64,000 nt of DNA from Squalus acanthias (Eukaryota). This document shows, piece by piece, positions 1 through 13,188 of the stretch; the first letter of the stretch is position 1; every line of letters begins with the position of its first letter. Under the pieces are notes generated by a model. It was not told the DNA's origin. It saw only the letters and a list, made by a program, of their open reading frames with translations, and searched no databases. Both the position numbers and the translations under genes were made by a program. The DNA is taken from contig CM059432.1 of assembly GCA_030390025.1 (NCBI GenBank), forward strand, positions 21,268,001-21,332,000, in the 5' to 3' direction.

Positions 1-244
1 TAAGCCTGTGCATAGGCAGTAAAAACTATTACAGCTAACAAAGAGAAAAGCTTGTCCTTGAAGGCTTTACCTGTTGATTAGATCTTATGCTCCTCTTTGT
101 GATAAGTGCCTAGGAACCACAATGGCCTATTCAGTTCATAGACTCTTCGATAAGAAAGCTATGGAACTCCAAAGTGTCCTTGATTATGTCTCTTACATTT
201 GGTCACTGCTATTGATTGAGTTTGCTAACACTAAATCCTGTGAG

Positions 245-1432
245 TGGTTGGACCACACTTAGAGTACTGACTATAGTTCTGGTCACCATATTATAAAAAG
301 GATATAGAGGCGCTGGAAGATTTACAAGGATGATACCAGAAATGCGAGGGTTTACATATCAGGAAAGGATGAACAGGCTGGGTCTCTTTTAACATAAGAA
401 CATAAGAAATAGGAGCAGGAGTAGGCCAATCGGCCCCTCGAGCCTGCTCCGCCATTCAATAAGATCATGGCTGATCTGATCCTAACCGCCAATCTACTAT
501 CTACTATCACAGAACCATCTCCTGCATCTAACAGAATTGCACACACGAAATAGGAGCAGAATCAGGCTACACGGTCCCTGGGCCCGCTCCACTACCCACA
601 GGGCCATGACCGATCCGAACCTAGACTCATGTCCAAATTCCTGCCCGCTCCCCGTAACCCTTAATGCCCTTTACTTCTAGGAAACTGTCTATTTCTGTTT
701 TAAATTTATTTAATGATGTAGCTTCTACAGCTTTTTGTGGCAGCATATTCCATGGACCTACCACCCTCTGAGTGAAGTAGTTCCTCCTCATCTCAGTTTT
801 GAAAGAGCAGCCCCTTATTCTAAGACTATGTCCCCTAGTTCTAGTCTCACCCGTCATCGGGAACATCCTCCCCGCATCCACCCGATCCAACCCCTTCACA
901 ATCTTATATGTTTCAATAAGATCGCCTCTCATTCTTCTGAACTCCAATGAGTAGAGTCCCAATCTACACAACCTCTCCTCATATGACCACCCCCTCATCC
1001 CCGGGATTAACCGAGTGAACCTTTTGAAAAAAGAAGGCTGAGGGGAGACCTAATAGAGATCTTAAAATTATGAATGGTTTTGATAGAGTGGATACAGAGA
1101 GAATATTTCCACTTGTGGGGAAGAGCATAACTAGAGGCAATCAATATAAGATAGTCACCAAGAAATCCAATATGGAATTCAGAAGAAACTTCTTTACCCA
1201 GAGAGTGGTGAGAATGTGGAACTCGCTACCACAGGGATTGGTTGAAGCAAATAGTATAGATGCATTTAAGGGGAGGCTAGACAAGCATATGAGGGAGAAG
1301 GGAATAGTGGGTTATGCTGATAGATTTAGATGAGGAAAGACGGGAGGAGGCTTGAGTGGAGCATAAACGCCGGCATGGACTGGTTGGGCTGAATGGCCTT
1401 TTTCTGTGCCGCATATCCTATGTAATCCTATG
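245..1432 (+). mobile_element. CR1 LINE 3' fragment, split by an antisense CR1 insertion (391-1020)
   Basis: CR1 ORF2 C-terminal coding on both sides of the insert (ORF 1070-1333, RRNFFTQRVVRMWNSLP); (ATCCTATGT)n tail near 1415-1432. Confidence 0.85.
391..1020 (-). mobile_element. CR1 LINE 3' end with duplicated 3' UTR module
   Basis: ORF 627-998(-) is the CR1 ORF2 C-terminus (LGLYSLEFRRMRGDLIETYKI); (TTCTTATG)n tail at about 391-408. Confidence 0.92.
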
Positions 1433-1436
1433 TATG

Positions 1437-1844
1437 TGTTGAAAGAAGATATGATTGTATTTGAAACCTTGAGACAAGAACGGAACATCATGTTGAGACT
1501 TGGTCAAAACCCTAATTGCCGAGACGGCTGGTATGGCATGACGCACCAAGAGTGGATGAACAGGAAAAACATCACGTAAAGGACAGATAGATATCAGCCG
1601 GTTATATGACTGACCCAGGGAATATAAAGGACAGTGAGACTAAGCAGCTGTACTGGAGCCGGGTGGGTTGATTTCCCACACAAAGATCTACAAGAGCTCA
1701 ACCGAACTAATCAATTGTTTGGACTTGTACCAAGGACGTGTATGTATTGTTTGCTTACTGTTGACTAATCAAGTAAAATAGTTGAACTAAGACTACCTGT
1801 TGTGTCTTTCCTAAGCTTCTCAGTTGAAGAAGCAGAATCCTACA
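1437..1844 (+). mobile_element. Probable solo LTR or LTR fragment
   Basis: AATATAAA at about 1621, AGTAAA at about 1772, GT-rich downstream tract, ends ...AGAATCCTACA like the LTR ending at 55697. The 5' end is obscured by a CR1 tail and no TSD was found. Confidence 0.45.
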
Positions 1845-2164
1845 GCGCATTTCGGGCGCAATTTCTTGATTGCGCTCAAATCGTAAACTCTACCCCTACG
1901 TTTAGCCACTGAGGCAAGCCCGCATCTCCTGAAAAATTTCTTGCCAACCATTTCATAAGTAGAGAAACTCAAGCGAAGGACCAGCGCCCACAATACAGGA
2001 CCGAACTAAGGTTGAAAGGAGGAGAAACAAGAAGATGATTCAAGATACTGTAATTAGTTGACTTCACATTAGTTGGACAGTTAAAATGTAGTTAAAAGAA
2101 ATTAACAAAAATAGTAAGTTAAAATAAAGCTACCGAGCGTTTAAAAAATAATGAAAATACTCCA

Positions 2165-2460
2165 GTCTAGAATTCTTCACCTAGAAGTACAAGGGCAGCC
2201 GATGCATCGGAACAACATTATCTCCAAGTACCCCTCTAAGTCAAGCACCATCCTGACTTGGGACATATATCGCCATTCCTTCATTGTCGCTGGGCCGAAA
2301 TCCTGGAACTCCCTTTCCAATAGTACTGTGGGCGCACCTTCACCACACAAACTGCAGTGGTTCAAGAAGAAGACCCACCGCCACTTTCTCAAGGGCAAAT
2401 AGGGATGGGCAATAAATGCCGGCCTTGCCACTGATGCTCACATCTTGAGAATGATTTTTT
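2165..2460 (+). mobile_element. 3' fragment of a CR1/L2-group LINE (same family as 45968-47530)
   Basis: SWNSL ORF2 C-terminus and GGGATGGGCAATAAATGCCGGCCTTGCCA end; reverse-complement copies at about 13915 and 52805. Confidence 0.75.
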
Positions 2461-3189
2461 TTAAATTCTACAGATTAACATATGCAATTGGTAATTAAAT
2501 TTGCAAGGAAGTAGTTAGCAATAAAGAGAATTATGGAGGGGAAATACATAGAAAATGTAACCTCACGTTGTGGCTCAGTTACATGTAGCAAGAAAAAGAC
2601 AAACGTGATTAAAGCCTCTGCAACTCTTTCCCTTTGTAAGTTGGAGACCCAGGTGTTCTGTGGCATGCTAATTACTTATATCCATGAATGGAAATTTGGT
2701 TATTAATATAGCAAAAAAGAAATGACTAAGTAAAGTGTTGTCACTAGGCCTGTTTTCAATTAGTCACCATACTTCTAACAATGAGACACATAATCTCAAT
2801 GATCCTAACATATGCTGTAAGGTAATTGCTTGAAATTAACCAGCTTGATTTCCGAGTAAATTCATATAATCAAATGTTCCATGGATTTTCTTTCATTCAC
2901 CTTAAATTAAAAGCTGCTAGCATGATGTGTTCATTGGGGATTCCTGTCACTATCGTCAATGGTGTAATGGGACATAAGGAAAATACAGATATTACATAGA
3001 CAAATTACATACACATGCTTTCTCATACTGTTAAGGTCATATGTTTCTTTAAGAGGGCTAATTAAGGAGTTATTCATTATTCAAAGGGATCGCGTTAATT
3101 TATTTCATAAGTAAACATTTGTACTTCCGTATATGAAAAGATATTTATACAGCATCTCATCACATCTTTCTGAAATGTCACAAACTGCT

Positions 3190-3690
3190 ACACTGTGGCT
3201 ACAAGAGCAGGTCAGAGGCTGGTATTCTGCGGCAAATGTCTCACCTCTTCACTCCCCAAAGCCTTTCCACCATCTACAAGGCACAAGTCAGGAGTGTGAT
3301 GGAATACTCTCCGCTTGCCTGGATGAGTGCAGCTCCAACAACACTCAAGAAGCTCAACATCATCCAGGACAAAGCAGCCGCTTGATTGGCACCTCATCCA
3401 CCACCTTAAACATTCACTCCCTCCACCATTGGCGCACCGTGGCTGCAGTGTGTACCATCTACAAGATGCACTGCAGCAACTCACCAAAGCTTCTTCGGCA
3501 GCACCTCCCAAACCCACGACCTCAACCACCTAGAAGGACAAGGGCCTTAAAACCTACCTCTTTGACCAAGCTTCTGGTCATCTGCCCTAATATCTCCTTA
3601 TGTGGCTTGGTGTCAAATTTTTTTAAATGACACTCTTGTGAAGAGCCTTGGTACGTTTTACGACGTTAAAGGCGCTATATAAATACAAGT
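3190..3690 (+). mobile_element. CR1/L2-group LINE fragment joined to an L2 3' tail
   Basis: 3190-3545 matches the 46000-46280 element (RLIGTSSTTLNIHSLHHWRTVAAVCTIYKMHC); 3546-3690 matches the L2 tails at about 15190 and 23970. Confidence 0.8.
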
Positions 3691-3691
3691 T

Positions 3692-5362
3692 AGAGTCATA
3701 GAGTTATACAACACAGAAAGAGGCCCTTCGGCCCATCGTGTCCGTGCCGGCCATCAAGCCCTGTCTATTCTAATCCCATTTCCCAGCACTTGGTCCATAG
3801 CCTTGTATGCTATGGCATTTCAAGTGCTCATCTAAATGCTTCTTGAATGTTGTGAGGGTTCCTGCCTCTACCACCCTTTCAGGCAGTGAGTTCTAGATTC
3901 CAACCACCCTCTGGGTGAACAAGTTTTTCCTCAAATCCCCTCTAAACCTCCTGCCCTTTACCTTGAAACTATGCCCCCTGGTTATTGACCCCCTCTACTA
4001 AGGGGAAAAGTTCCTTTCTATCTACCCTATCTATGCCCCTCATAATTTTGTACACCTCAATCAGGTCCCCCCTCAGCCTTCTCTGCTCTAAGGAAAACAA
4101 CCCCAGCCTGTCCAATCTCTCTTCATAGATGAAGCGCTCCAGCCCAGGTAACATCCTGGTGAATCTCCTCTGCACCCTCTCCAATGCAATCACATCCTTC
4201 CTATAGTGTGGCGACCAGAACTGCACACAGTATTACAGCTGTGGCCTAACTAGCGTTTTGTACAGCTCCATCATAACCTCCCTACTCTTATATTCTATGC
4301 CTCGGCTAATGAAGGCAAGTATCCCATATGCCTTTTTAACCACCTTATCTACCTGTCCTGCTGCCTTCAGAGATCTATGTACATGCACACCAAGTTCCCT
4401 CTGATTCTTTGTCCTTCCTAGGGTCCTACCATTCATTGTGTATTCCCTTGCCTTGTTAGTCCTCTCAAAATGCATCACCTCACACTTTTCAGGGTTAAAT
4501 TCCATTTGCCACTGTTCTGCCCATCTAACCATCCCGTCTATAACGTCCTGTAGCCTGAGGCTTTCCTCCTCGCTATTTACCACTCCACCAATTTTTGTGT
4601 CATCTAAATCATTAATGTACACTACAAACAGCAAAGGACCCAGCACCGATCCCTGCGGTACAGCACTGGACACAGGCTTCCAGTCACAAAAACAACCTTC
4701 GACTATCACCCTCTGCCTCCTGCCACTAAGCCAATTTTGGATCCAATGTGCCAAATTGCCCTGGGTCCCATGGGCTCTTACCTTCTTGACCAGTCTCCCA
4801 TGTGGGACTTTGTCAAAAGCCTTATTGAAGTCCATGTAGACTACATCAACTGCACTACCCTCATCCACACACCTAGTCACCCCCTCGAAAAAGTCAATCA
4901 AATTGGTCAGACATGATCTCCCCCTGACAAAGCCATGCTGACTATCCCTGATTAATCCCTGCCTCTCCAAGTGAAGACTAATTCTGTCTTCAGAGTTTTT
5001 TCCAATAATTTCCCTACCACTGATGTTAGGCTCACTGGCCTGTAATTCCCTGGTTTATCCCTACTACCCTTCTTGAACAATGGTACTATGTTAGCTGTTC
5101 TCCAGTCCTCTGGCACCTCCCCTGTGGCCAGAGAGGTTCTGAAAATTTGTGTCAGAGCCCCTGCAATCTCCTCCCTTGCCTCACACAGCAGCCTGGGATA
5201 CATCCCGTCAGGGCCTGGGGATTTATCCACTTTTAAGCCCGCTAAAACCGCTAGTACCTCCTCCCTCTCAATACTAATTCATTCAAGTATATCACAATCC
5301 TCCTGCCTGATTTCTATGCCTACATCACCCTTCTCCATAGTGAACACAGATGCAAAATATTC
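3692..5362 (-). mobile_element. CR1 LINE, 5'-truncated, frameshifted ORF2 (RT)
   Basis: Consecutive ORFs 4952-5230, 4233-4970 and 3969-4226 carry [41 protein letters not shown]. Confidence 0.95.
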
Positions 5363-6679
5363 ATTTTGTTGTTGTTATTCTTCTTCTTCAAATAATGCAC
5401 TGCGATTTTGAAGATCCAACTGAACCACCAGAACAAGCCTAGATATGACATCTTATTCAAAGGATGACTCTTCTTCCAATTCTGTCTTGCCTCAATCCTG
5501 CACTGAAGTGTCACATTACATTATAAGCTCAAGTCCTGGAGTGGGGTTTGAACCCTCAATTTTCAGACTCTAGGGGGGTCAATTTGACTTTGGTCGAGTG
5601 TAAAATGGGCGATGTCGGATCAGCTGCCTGTTATATATCTCTCCCCGATTTTCATTTACACTGCCTACCAATTGGGCCAAGTTGGAACTCAAATTATGAG
5701 GTTGCCACAGAAAAAAAAACAGATGCATTTTTTTCCCCTGTGGGAAGGCTAAGGGTGGGCTTACAGTTTGGGACCAGTGTGCTCCAGTTGTGCCTGTTAA
5801 TAAACGAAACAAGTTTCTAATGCATTTAGTGTAAAGTTTATGATCCCTAGTTATATGGATTTTCACTGGCACATATCAGAGAAAGCTCCCTGACTATTAT
5901 AATGGCCCTGATTTTGCGGTCGGTGGCATAATTAAGGATTACGCCGCCGGCATCCGAATTGAATGCGCACTTACCTGTTGCAAGGCCCCAAACGAAAAGT
6001 TTCTGTCAGACGCTGCAGAGTTGAGCGCAGCGTAGCGGCCCACGGAACCCAGGGGCGCACGGTGTGCAGAAGCGTACCTGGGATCACGTGGGCTGGTGCC
6101 CCAATCAGCAAACAGAAGGTCTCTCATTATTTATAACATAGGTGTTTATGCACATTAAAACCTGAAAGGCTCTAATAATGAGGGTTTTTTTTTTTTCCTT
6201 TCCTCCACTTTCTGTACGGATTTTTTTTAAGCTTATGAACGCCACATAGATGCAAAAAAATAAATAGAACCCTCAATATAGCAACTGCGCCTCCTCTGAA
6301 CACAATAATACTATTAGAGATTGTTAGTCCTTGCACTTCAGTACTTCGAAAGTAATTTAATTCGTGATTTGGGGGTCTGGGTGCGTGCAGTAAGTCATCT
6401 ACATTTTCATCTTTTCCCTCCCAGCAAAAACATTTTAAAAAGCCCCTTTCTTCAAAAATCTATTGGAAGACAGTTCTTTACTTTTCATGGACAAAATCCT
6501 GTGGGTCATGTGCAAATGCTTCCATTTTCGGCCCCATGTAGCTTTTAAAATTCCTTGGATTTGTCAGGAGGTATCCCCTTGTTGCACCAGCCGTAAAACT
6601 TTCATACGTAATTGCTGGGCAGTTGGTGGGCAATTAGACCCACTCTGCGCCAGCAATGAGGATTTCAATGCTGGAGCGG

Positions 6680-7942
6680 ATCATCTGTCAAGTCAGGACT
6701 TGGCAGATCGCAAGTTCGGGATTTAGTGCATGCGCTAGCGCATGCGGAGGTAAAGGCGTTGAAGCCAGCGCTAGGAACAGCCGCCCAGAGGCTTGTTGAA
6801 CAGCTGATTGCCACTTAAAATGCCTGCTAGCACTCATTAAAGAGACTGCACCGCATTTTGGTGGATAATGCTTCAAATAACACCCTCTCCTAACAGCAAC
6901 CTGCTGCTTGGGAGTCAACATGGTGACATGAATCTTGTCATTCATGTGGAAATGACTTATGAAATAATACTGGGCGGCCTGCTGATGGCGCTGTCCAGGG
7001 AGAGTATAAATACTCGGGCATGGGCCCAGCTTGCTCAGGACATTCTTTAACAGGAACTAGTAAAGGACACAACTAGATCTCCATGTTGTAAAACAGTTGA
7101 TTAAAGCCTTGTTTAATACTCAGACCAAGTGCCTAGTAGTTTTCTTACGTCACATGGCATTGATGTCAATGTCAAGCACTGCTTAAAGGGATACTCACCA
7201 CTTAAAGGGTTACTCACCATTTCATGGTCATTGCTGCTAGAGCTGTGAAGAGGACCTCGGAAACACATCAAGAGACTTTCTGGGACACTTTGTCAAGACT
7301 TCACCAACCCCCGAGCAAGATTTATTCTGGAAATTACCTGAGGAGTTTACCTAAAAAGTGTAAGTGCTCTGCTACTCCACCTTAATGGATACCTTATAGG
7401 AGTCACCAGGAGAAAGGGAGCGCTTAGTCATGGCATCTTGCTACGGGTGAGGCATCTGGATGAGGAATGGGAGGAGGACATGAGGCCAGGCAGAGCAGCA
7501 CCAGCTGCTGCAGAAGAGAGGGAAAGGAGGTCGAGGAGGGTGAGGTGGCGTCCTTCCCCCCAGCGGGTTCAGGACATCCCTCCTCCTCTGGACCTCCTCC
7601 ACCAGGATCTCCGGTGCCACATCCAGTGTGAACCTGCGGGCCCTCTCCCTCGGTCTCTGAGCCATCCTGTAACCTGCTGTTTTGTGCCAGCCAGCCCACT
7701 CCACACCTTCAGTGGAAGTGGGTGCATGGCGCCCACCTATATGGCTCCACGAAAATTGTGTCTAATCAGCACTTGAGTGCTAAACCTGCAGCTGTCTGTT
7801 TAGCACCTCCGGGGGAGTTCAAATTATGGTAATCAGCAATTAGGACCCAAATTGTGTGCTAAATCTGGACTTTTACACAGGCTAGTCTTATTAACATTGC
7901 ACCCATTTAGCGCCTGTTTTCAACCTTTGGCCAAAATAACCC
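6680..7942 (-). mobile_element. Decayed PIF/Harbinger derivative with Myb/SANT-like remnant
   Basis: Minus-strand RERARRF...EILVEEVQRRRDVLNPLGGR (about 7555-7660) is homologous to the Myb-like exon at 45070; TIR-like end near 7930-7942. Confidence 0.6.
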
Positions 7943-8303
7943 ACATTGCATGTCCCTCCTTTACTTGAATTTAAATATACCGATATCAACTCAATTGCCC
8001 AGCTGTATCTTTCTGAGCATTGTACCTTTAAAAAACACCGAAATATTTGGTTGCAAATATGTTAAAGACTCAATACAAAATGGTGAGCAGACTCTCTAAT
8101 CATGCCAAAAATTGCAAGTTTGCTATTTAGAGCTTTAGTTGGAACCATACAGAATCACTTTATAATGCAGTCGTCTAGGTGTTTGGACTTTAGCATACGC
8201 TCATTTGGAATATCTTGCACTGTATAATCTTCCTAGATCAATTACACTCAGCACACAGAAAATACAATACACAGCAAATATCCTGTGGTGTTACAAATGG
8301 TGA

Positions 8304-8430
8304 AAAAAATTGAGAGGTCGCACAACACCAGGTTATAGTCCAACAGTTTATAAACTGTTGGACTATAACCTGGTGTTGTGCGACCTCTCAATTTTGTCCA
8401 CCCCAGTCCAACACCGGCATCTCCACATCA
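8304..8430. mobile_element. Fold-back Penelope-like element terminal fragment
   Basis: Perfect 90-bp palindrome 8306-8395 plus tail TGTCCACCCCAGTCCAACACCGGCATCTCCACATCA; 13-bp TSD TTACAAATGGTGA (8291-8303, 8431-8443). Confidence 0.9.
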
Positions 8431-8469
8431 TTACAAATGGTGAGTCAGAGGTTTTATAAGAACAGGGGT

Positions 8470-8880
8470 GTTCTGCGAAGTAATATTTTCAGGGACACTG
8501 ATTTATCAGCATTGGAGATGACAGATTGATTGACAGATTAGGGAGGACCAGAGGACATGAGTTTAAACTATGGAAGAGAAGGAATCGACTGGTTGTTAGG
8601 CGGTTCTTCTTTCCCCAGAGTAGTGAGCCACGGGAATGTGTTACCTGCTGGTGCGGTGGCTGCCTTCAAGAGAGAGCTGGACTGGCTTTTGACTGGGGCA
8701 GAGACCGCATCATATATGAGGTAAGTGGCTTTGCAGATAACACACGGTCCATGTAATCTCTCGGACTGGTTTCGATTGTCTGAGGGGGTTGGAGAGGAAT
8801 CTTCCTGAGTGTTCTTTTCCCCTTATTGGCCCTGGGATTTTCTCTGGTTTTTTTTGTCTCTCCCAGGAGAGTAACATGAC
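8470..8880 (+). mobile_element. Old CR1 3' fragment
   Basis: RTRGHEFKL...VRRFFF..RVV-like CR1 ORF2 C-terminus. Confidence 0.6.
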
Positions 8881-9749
8881 TGCGAGGGGTTTTGGGATCA
8901 GGAAGCACAGGAATGCGATCTAAGGGTATTTATATGCTGAGCGGTTTATTTTCCTTTTTCTCACCATTTACAGAAACTGGCCTGCCTATCTCTTTTTGAA
9001 GGCTTCAGACAGACGTTATGATTTCAACAAGACAGGTTGATAAATACCTTTTATAAAAGTGATCAGGAGCAAGAAGATCTGAATAACTGTCTGTTTGTAA
9101 AAAAAAACTGCCGATTAAACACATATTTGAACACAAATTGAATTGAATTGCTTGGCCACTCCCCTGGACATCAGGTAATGGGCGAACCAACAATTGTATA
9201 TTTTAAACTGGAACATGATTTTTGTGAGGGAAGCTGGGTTTTCACCCCTTATGTATTGTGATATGAATTAAAGAAACCCACACAATGTTAAATCTTAGAT
9301 ACAAATGCTTCATCTTTGCTATGTGCATTGCATGCGGTATGTGGAGCCATTCTTACAAGTACCAATGACTATGACTCTTTCCTGTGCTGATTTCCTGTGG
9401 TGATCTTTATTTCAAAATGACTTATCTTTCCATGGAATAACAGCACATGAGTAGATGCCCACAGTTCCCCACACAGTAGGTTCCTACTCTCAGTTCTGTC
9501 ATCGGATGAGTTATCATCTGAACAGCAAGGGGGAAGATTATCTCTGCTGCTATTTAAAAAAAATACCATGAATGCGCTCTTTCTACACACAGTCACAATT
9601 TCACTAGAAATATTGAACAAAGGAAATCATTTTAAGTGTTCCTCTACAGGAAGGGGGGAAACTCTCATGTACAGTGCTTCACTACATACTTACAGAATTA
9701 CTTTCAGAGGTACACTCATTGTAGCCAACACAAACATCAAATCAGATGA

Positions 9750-10020
9750 GATGAATGACCAGTTAATCTATTTTTGGTGCTGTTGTTTGAGGGAGAAATG
9801 TTGGTCAGGGCACCAGGAGAACTCCTTGCTCTTCCATTTTTGCCATGGGATCTTTTTCCACCTAGCAGCCAGATAGGGGCTTTGGTTTATCCAAAAGACA
9901 GCCCCTCCCACAATGGCGCACTCCAATAAATCGTCAGCCTATAAAACGTGCTCAAGTCCTGGAGTGGGACTTGACCCCGTGTTTTTCTGGCTCAGAGGAA
10001 AGTGCTACCTACTGAACCAA
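9750..10020 (-). mobile_element. Degenerate Deu-domain tRNA SINE copy
   Basis: Resembles 28776-29228 (GTGCTCAAGTCCTGGAGTGGGACTTGA; CCATGGGATCTTTT). Another degenerate copy lies at about 5400-5575. Confidence 0.6.
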
Positions 10021-12394
10021 GTAGACAATTACTTACAAAATATTAATGGCAGGGCAGTTCGGACATCCCGCAACAAAATTAATTTCTACACTGGCAGCGT
10101 GTAGTCTGATTTGCGGCTTAAGTCCTGCAACTTTACATGAAAAGAGGCAGAGGCTGTAAAAATCAGCTTCTCTGCACATCTAAGTAACAAATGCCATTGT
10201 TGCCATAAAGAGAACCTGTCAACTAAAGCTGCTTATTTAACAAAAATAGGTTTATAAACATTTGAGCTTCGATTTTAACCATAACAGCTTCAGCGTGATC
10301 CCAGGCCATTTAAAATCCCGGGCTTCATAGAAACATAGAAGATAGGAACAGGAGTAGGTCATTCGGCCCCTCGAGCCTGTTCCGCCATTTAATGAGATCA
10401 TGGCTGATCATCCAAATTCAGTGCCCTGTCCCTGCTACAGAAACATAATGATACATAACATCAAAATGATCAAAGGCCGACTCGCACCCGAACCGAGCGA
10501 GAATGCCGATGAGGCCAGCAGGTGGGAGCGGGATTTCGAGGAGCAGGAGGCCGTGGCCGGGGAGCCGAGGGATCGGTGTCTGGCACAAGGTAAAATGTCA
10601 CGGGGGGGGGGGGTCCCGAGCTCATTGCGATCGGGGGATCGGGACGGAAGCCCATGGCAGGGGTGGCCCAAGTCTTCTTTCCAGCCCATAGGGAAACCTA
10701 CAAACCATTAAAAATTCTCACTTACCTGGGCCTCTTCTGGCCACGATCCTGCTTGCCGTCAGCTTTCACTGGCAGCTCTGGCACTGGGCATCACTGTCGT
10801 GTTCGGCAGTAAAAATCGCATTTGGTTCCGAATGATGTATTAAGACCCTAACACTTAAATATTAATGCAAAAAACCCGGGAGCTAAAATCACAGCGACCG
10901 CGAACGCATCAGGGCCACAGCGGATAGCAACTGACGGCCATTTTAACCTCCCGCCTGGCCTGTTCCCACCTGGTAGGCAGCATTAAAATGGTGTCTCTGA
11001 AGTCTTTGAGCCATCTATTTTCTTGCTTGCAGTGGATAATCTTGCAGAACTAAGCATTTAATATAGCCATCATGTAAAGGCTCTTTGCACAGTGCAGAAG
11101 AGGCATCTCACATGCAGGTAAACAAATTAAATAATTCCCTGAAGATGATATAATTCGAAGATATTGAAAACTCAGCAAAATTCAATAATCACACAAAAGG
11201 GGTTAGTTCAAATTCATCTGTAGGATAACAGTTTGCCTGATAAATGGCAACTAGGTCCAACATGAGTGGTGGGATTGTTTATTCTGGAAAAGAGAAGGTT
11301 CCAGGGGAGATATTATTCAAGAATGTGAGATTATTAAGGTAACAGACAAATTGAATCTTGATAATATGTTTGAGATTGCCACAAACTCTACAACCAGTGA
11401 ACATGGGCTAAAACGTAGAAGAGAAAAGGTACATGGACCATTCCAATTTCACTACTTTACATAGAGGATAGTGAATTTGTGGAACAAACTGCCCAGGGAA
11501 ATTGTGGTCTCAGATTGTGTAGAGGGGTATTAGATTTTGGAACTGACCAGATGGACTGCAGTATCCTATCAAGTACCGTATTTTCCTATGTTTCTGTGTA
11601 AAATAAATGGGAATGAAGATAAAGGATGAAAGAAACAAATAAGAGGGAATACATCACACCACATTCTCCCTCTTAAACATAAAAGAGCAGCAAATTACGT
11701 CTATAGAGTGCAATCATCCTTATCCATTATGCTATTTATGCAAAGTGTAACACTACACCACTCTACAGGCACTTTCAAAGGCTTTAGGAGAAGGCTTTAG
11801 CTTTTATGGAAATGTGCAACCCCTAACATTGCTGAAGTAACCCCTTTAGAATGCTTAGTGAGTGTGCAGTTGCAATTTTATTTCAAGTATATGGTGTTGA
11901 GTGGAGTTGCAACTGGTAACAAGTCTGTTGAGTATTGTTAAATCAGATGGTCTGGTACCGCTTGTGAATTATTAATGCTGTCTCACTTGTGCAGTGTAAC
12001 TGTATTCTACCTTGAGCAACCATCTATCTTTTCTATTTCTTAGAGTCTAATTAAGTTGGTTCAGTAGAGTTCAGCAGCATATACTAACATAAAGTAAACA
12101 GAATATTGTTCTAACTGTTAAATCTGCAGTTTTATTCAATTTAAAAGAGATGAAACAATGTGTGGAGCTAGCTCAACCGAGCAAATTGGTCTCCTGTGTT
12201 TGAATTTCTATTAAGGAAACCTGCAAATGGACCAATTGTATGTTCATCAATGGTGAGGAATCTCAACCCTCGGGAACTGCTTCCACTTTTTGTACCCATT
12301 GTGGCCATCAAATGTTGTATCTAACCTAACTTATATTCCCATGTCAGGTACAGCATCGATTAGATGTGCAGTGCAGCTATGCCTGCTCAACAAT

Positions 12395-12928
12395 ATTACC
12401 TAAGAAAGGATATACTTTCCATAGAGGGAGTGCAGCGAAGGTTCACCAGACTGATTCCTGGGATGGCAGGACTGTTGTATGAGGAGAGATTGGGTCGACT
12501 AGGCCTGTATTTACTAGAGTTTAGAAGAATGAGAGGGGATCTCATTGAAACGGATAAAATTCTGACAGGGCTCGACAGACTGGATGCAGGGAGGATGTTT
12601 TCCCTGGCTGGGGGGGTCTAGAACGAGGGGTCACAGTCTCAGGATACGGGGTAGGACATTTAGGACTGAGATGAGGAGAAATTTCTTCACTCAGAGGGTG
12701 GCGAACCTGTGGAATTCTCTACCACAGAAGGCTGTGGAGGCCGAGCCACTGAATATATTTAAGAAGGAGACAGATAGATTTCTAGACACAAAAGGCATCA
12801 AGGGGTATGGGGAGAGAGCGGGAATATGGTATTGAGATAGAGAATCAGCCATGATCATATTGAATGGCGGAGCAGGCTCGAAGGGCTGAATGGCCTACTC
12901 CTGCTCCTATTTTTCTATGTTTCTATGA
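12395..12928 (+). mobile_element. CR1 LINE 3' end
   Basis: YLRKDILSIEGVQRRFTRLIPG...RRNFFTQRVANLWNSLP; conserved 3' UTR and (TTTCTATG)n tail. Confidence 0.93.
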
Positions 12929-13030
12929 CTCAAGTGCAACATCAGAAGACACTCCCCTCGTACATAGCCACACTTCACAAGTGTGACAGCTCCATTTCCT
13001 GCAACTATACTTGTGCCTTAAGAAGATATT

Positions 13031-13188
13031 GGTCCTGAATTTCCTCAGAAATTCTGACATTGCACCACCATAAGTTGATCAGAGGTGTGGCACGCAATGC
13101 ACGTTTATGTGTGTAAGCAAAATTTCCGCTGCACTTACCATGTAGTTACAATGGCGTAGTGCCAAAAAATCTGAGGAAATTCAGGGCC
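13031..13188. mobile_element. 158-bp MITE (Harbinger/Tourist-like)
   Basis: TIRs GGTCCTGAATTTCCTCAGA / TCTGAGGAAATTCAGGGCC (18 of 19 match); flanked on both sides by ATT (3-bp TSD). Confidence 0.8.

Noticed and set aside
6728..6745. 18-bp palindrome GCATGCGCTAGCGCATGC as a regulatory site
   Set aside because: Lies within a decayed transposon; too short to support a function.
9369..9620. Possible minus-strand host exon or ORF
   Set aside because: No recognisable protein similarity and no convincing splice-site pair.
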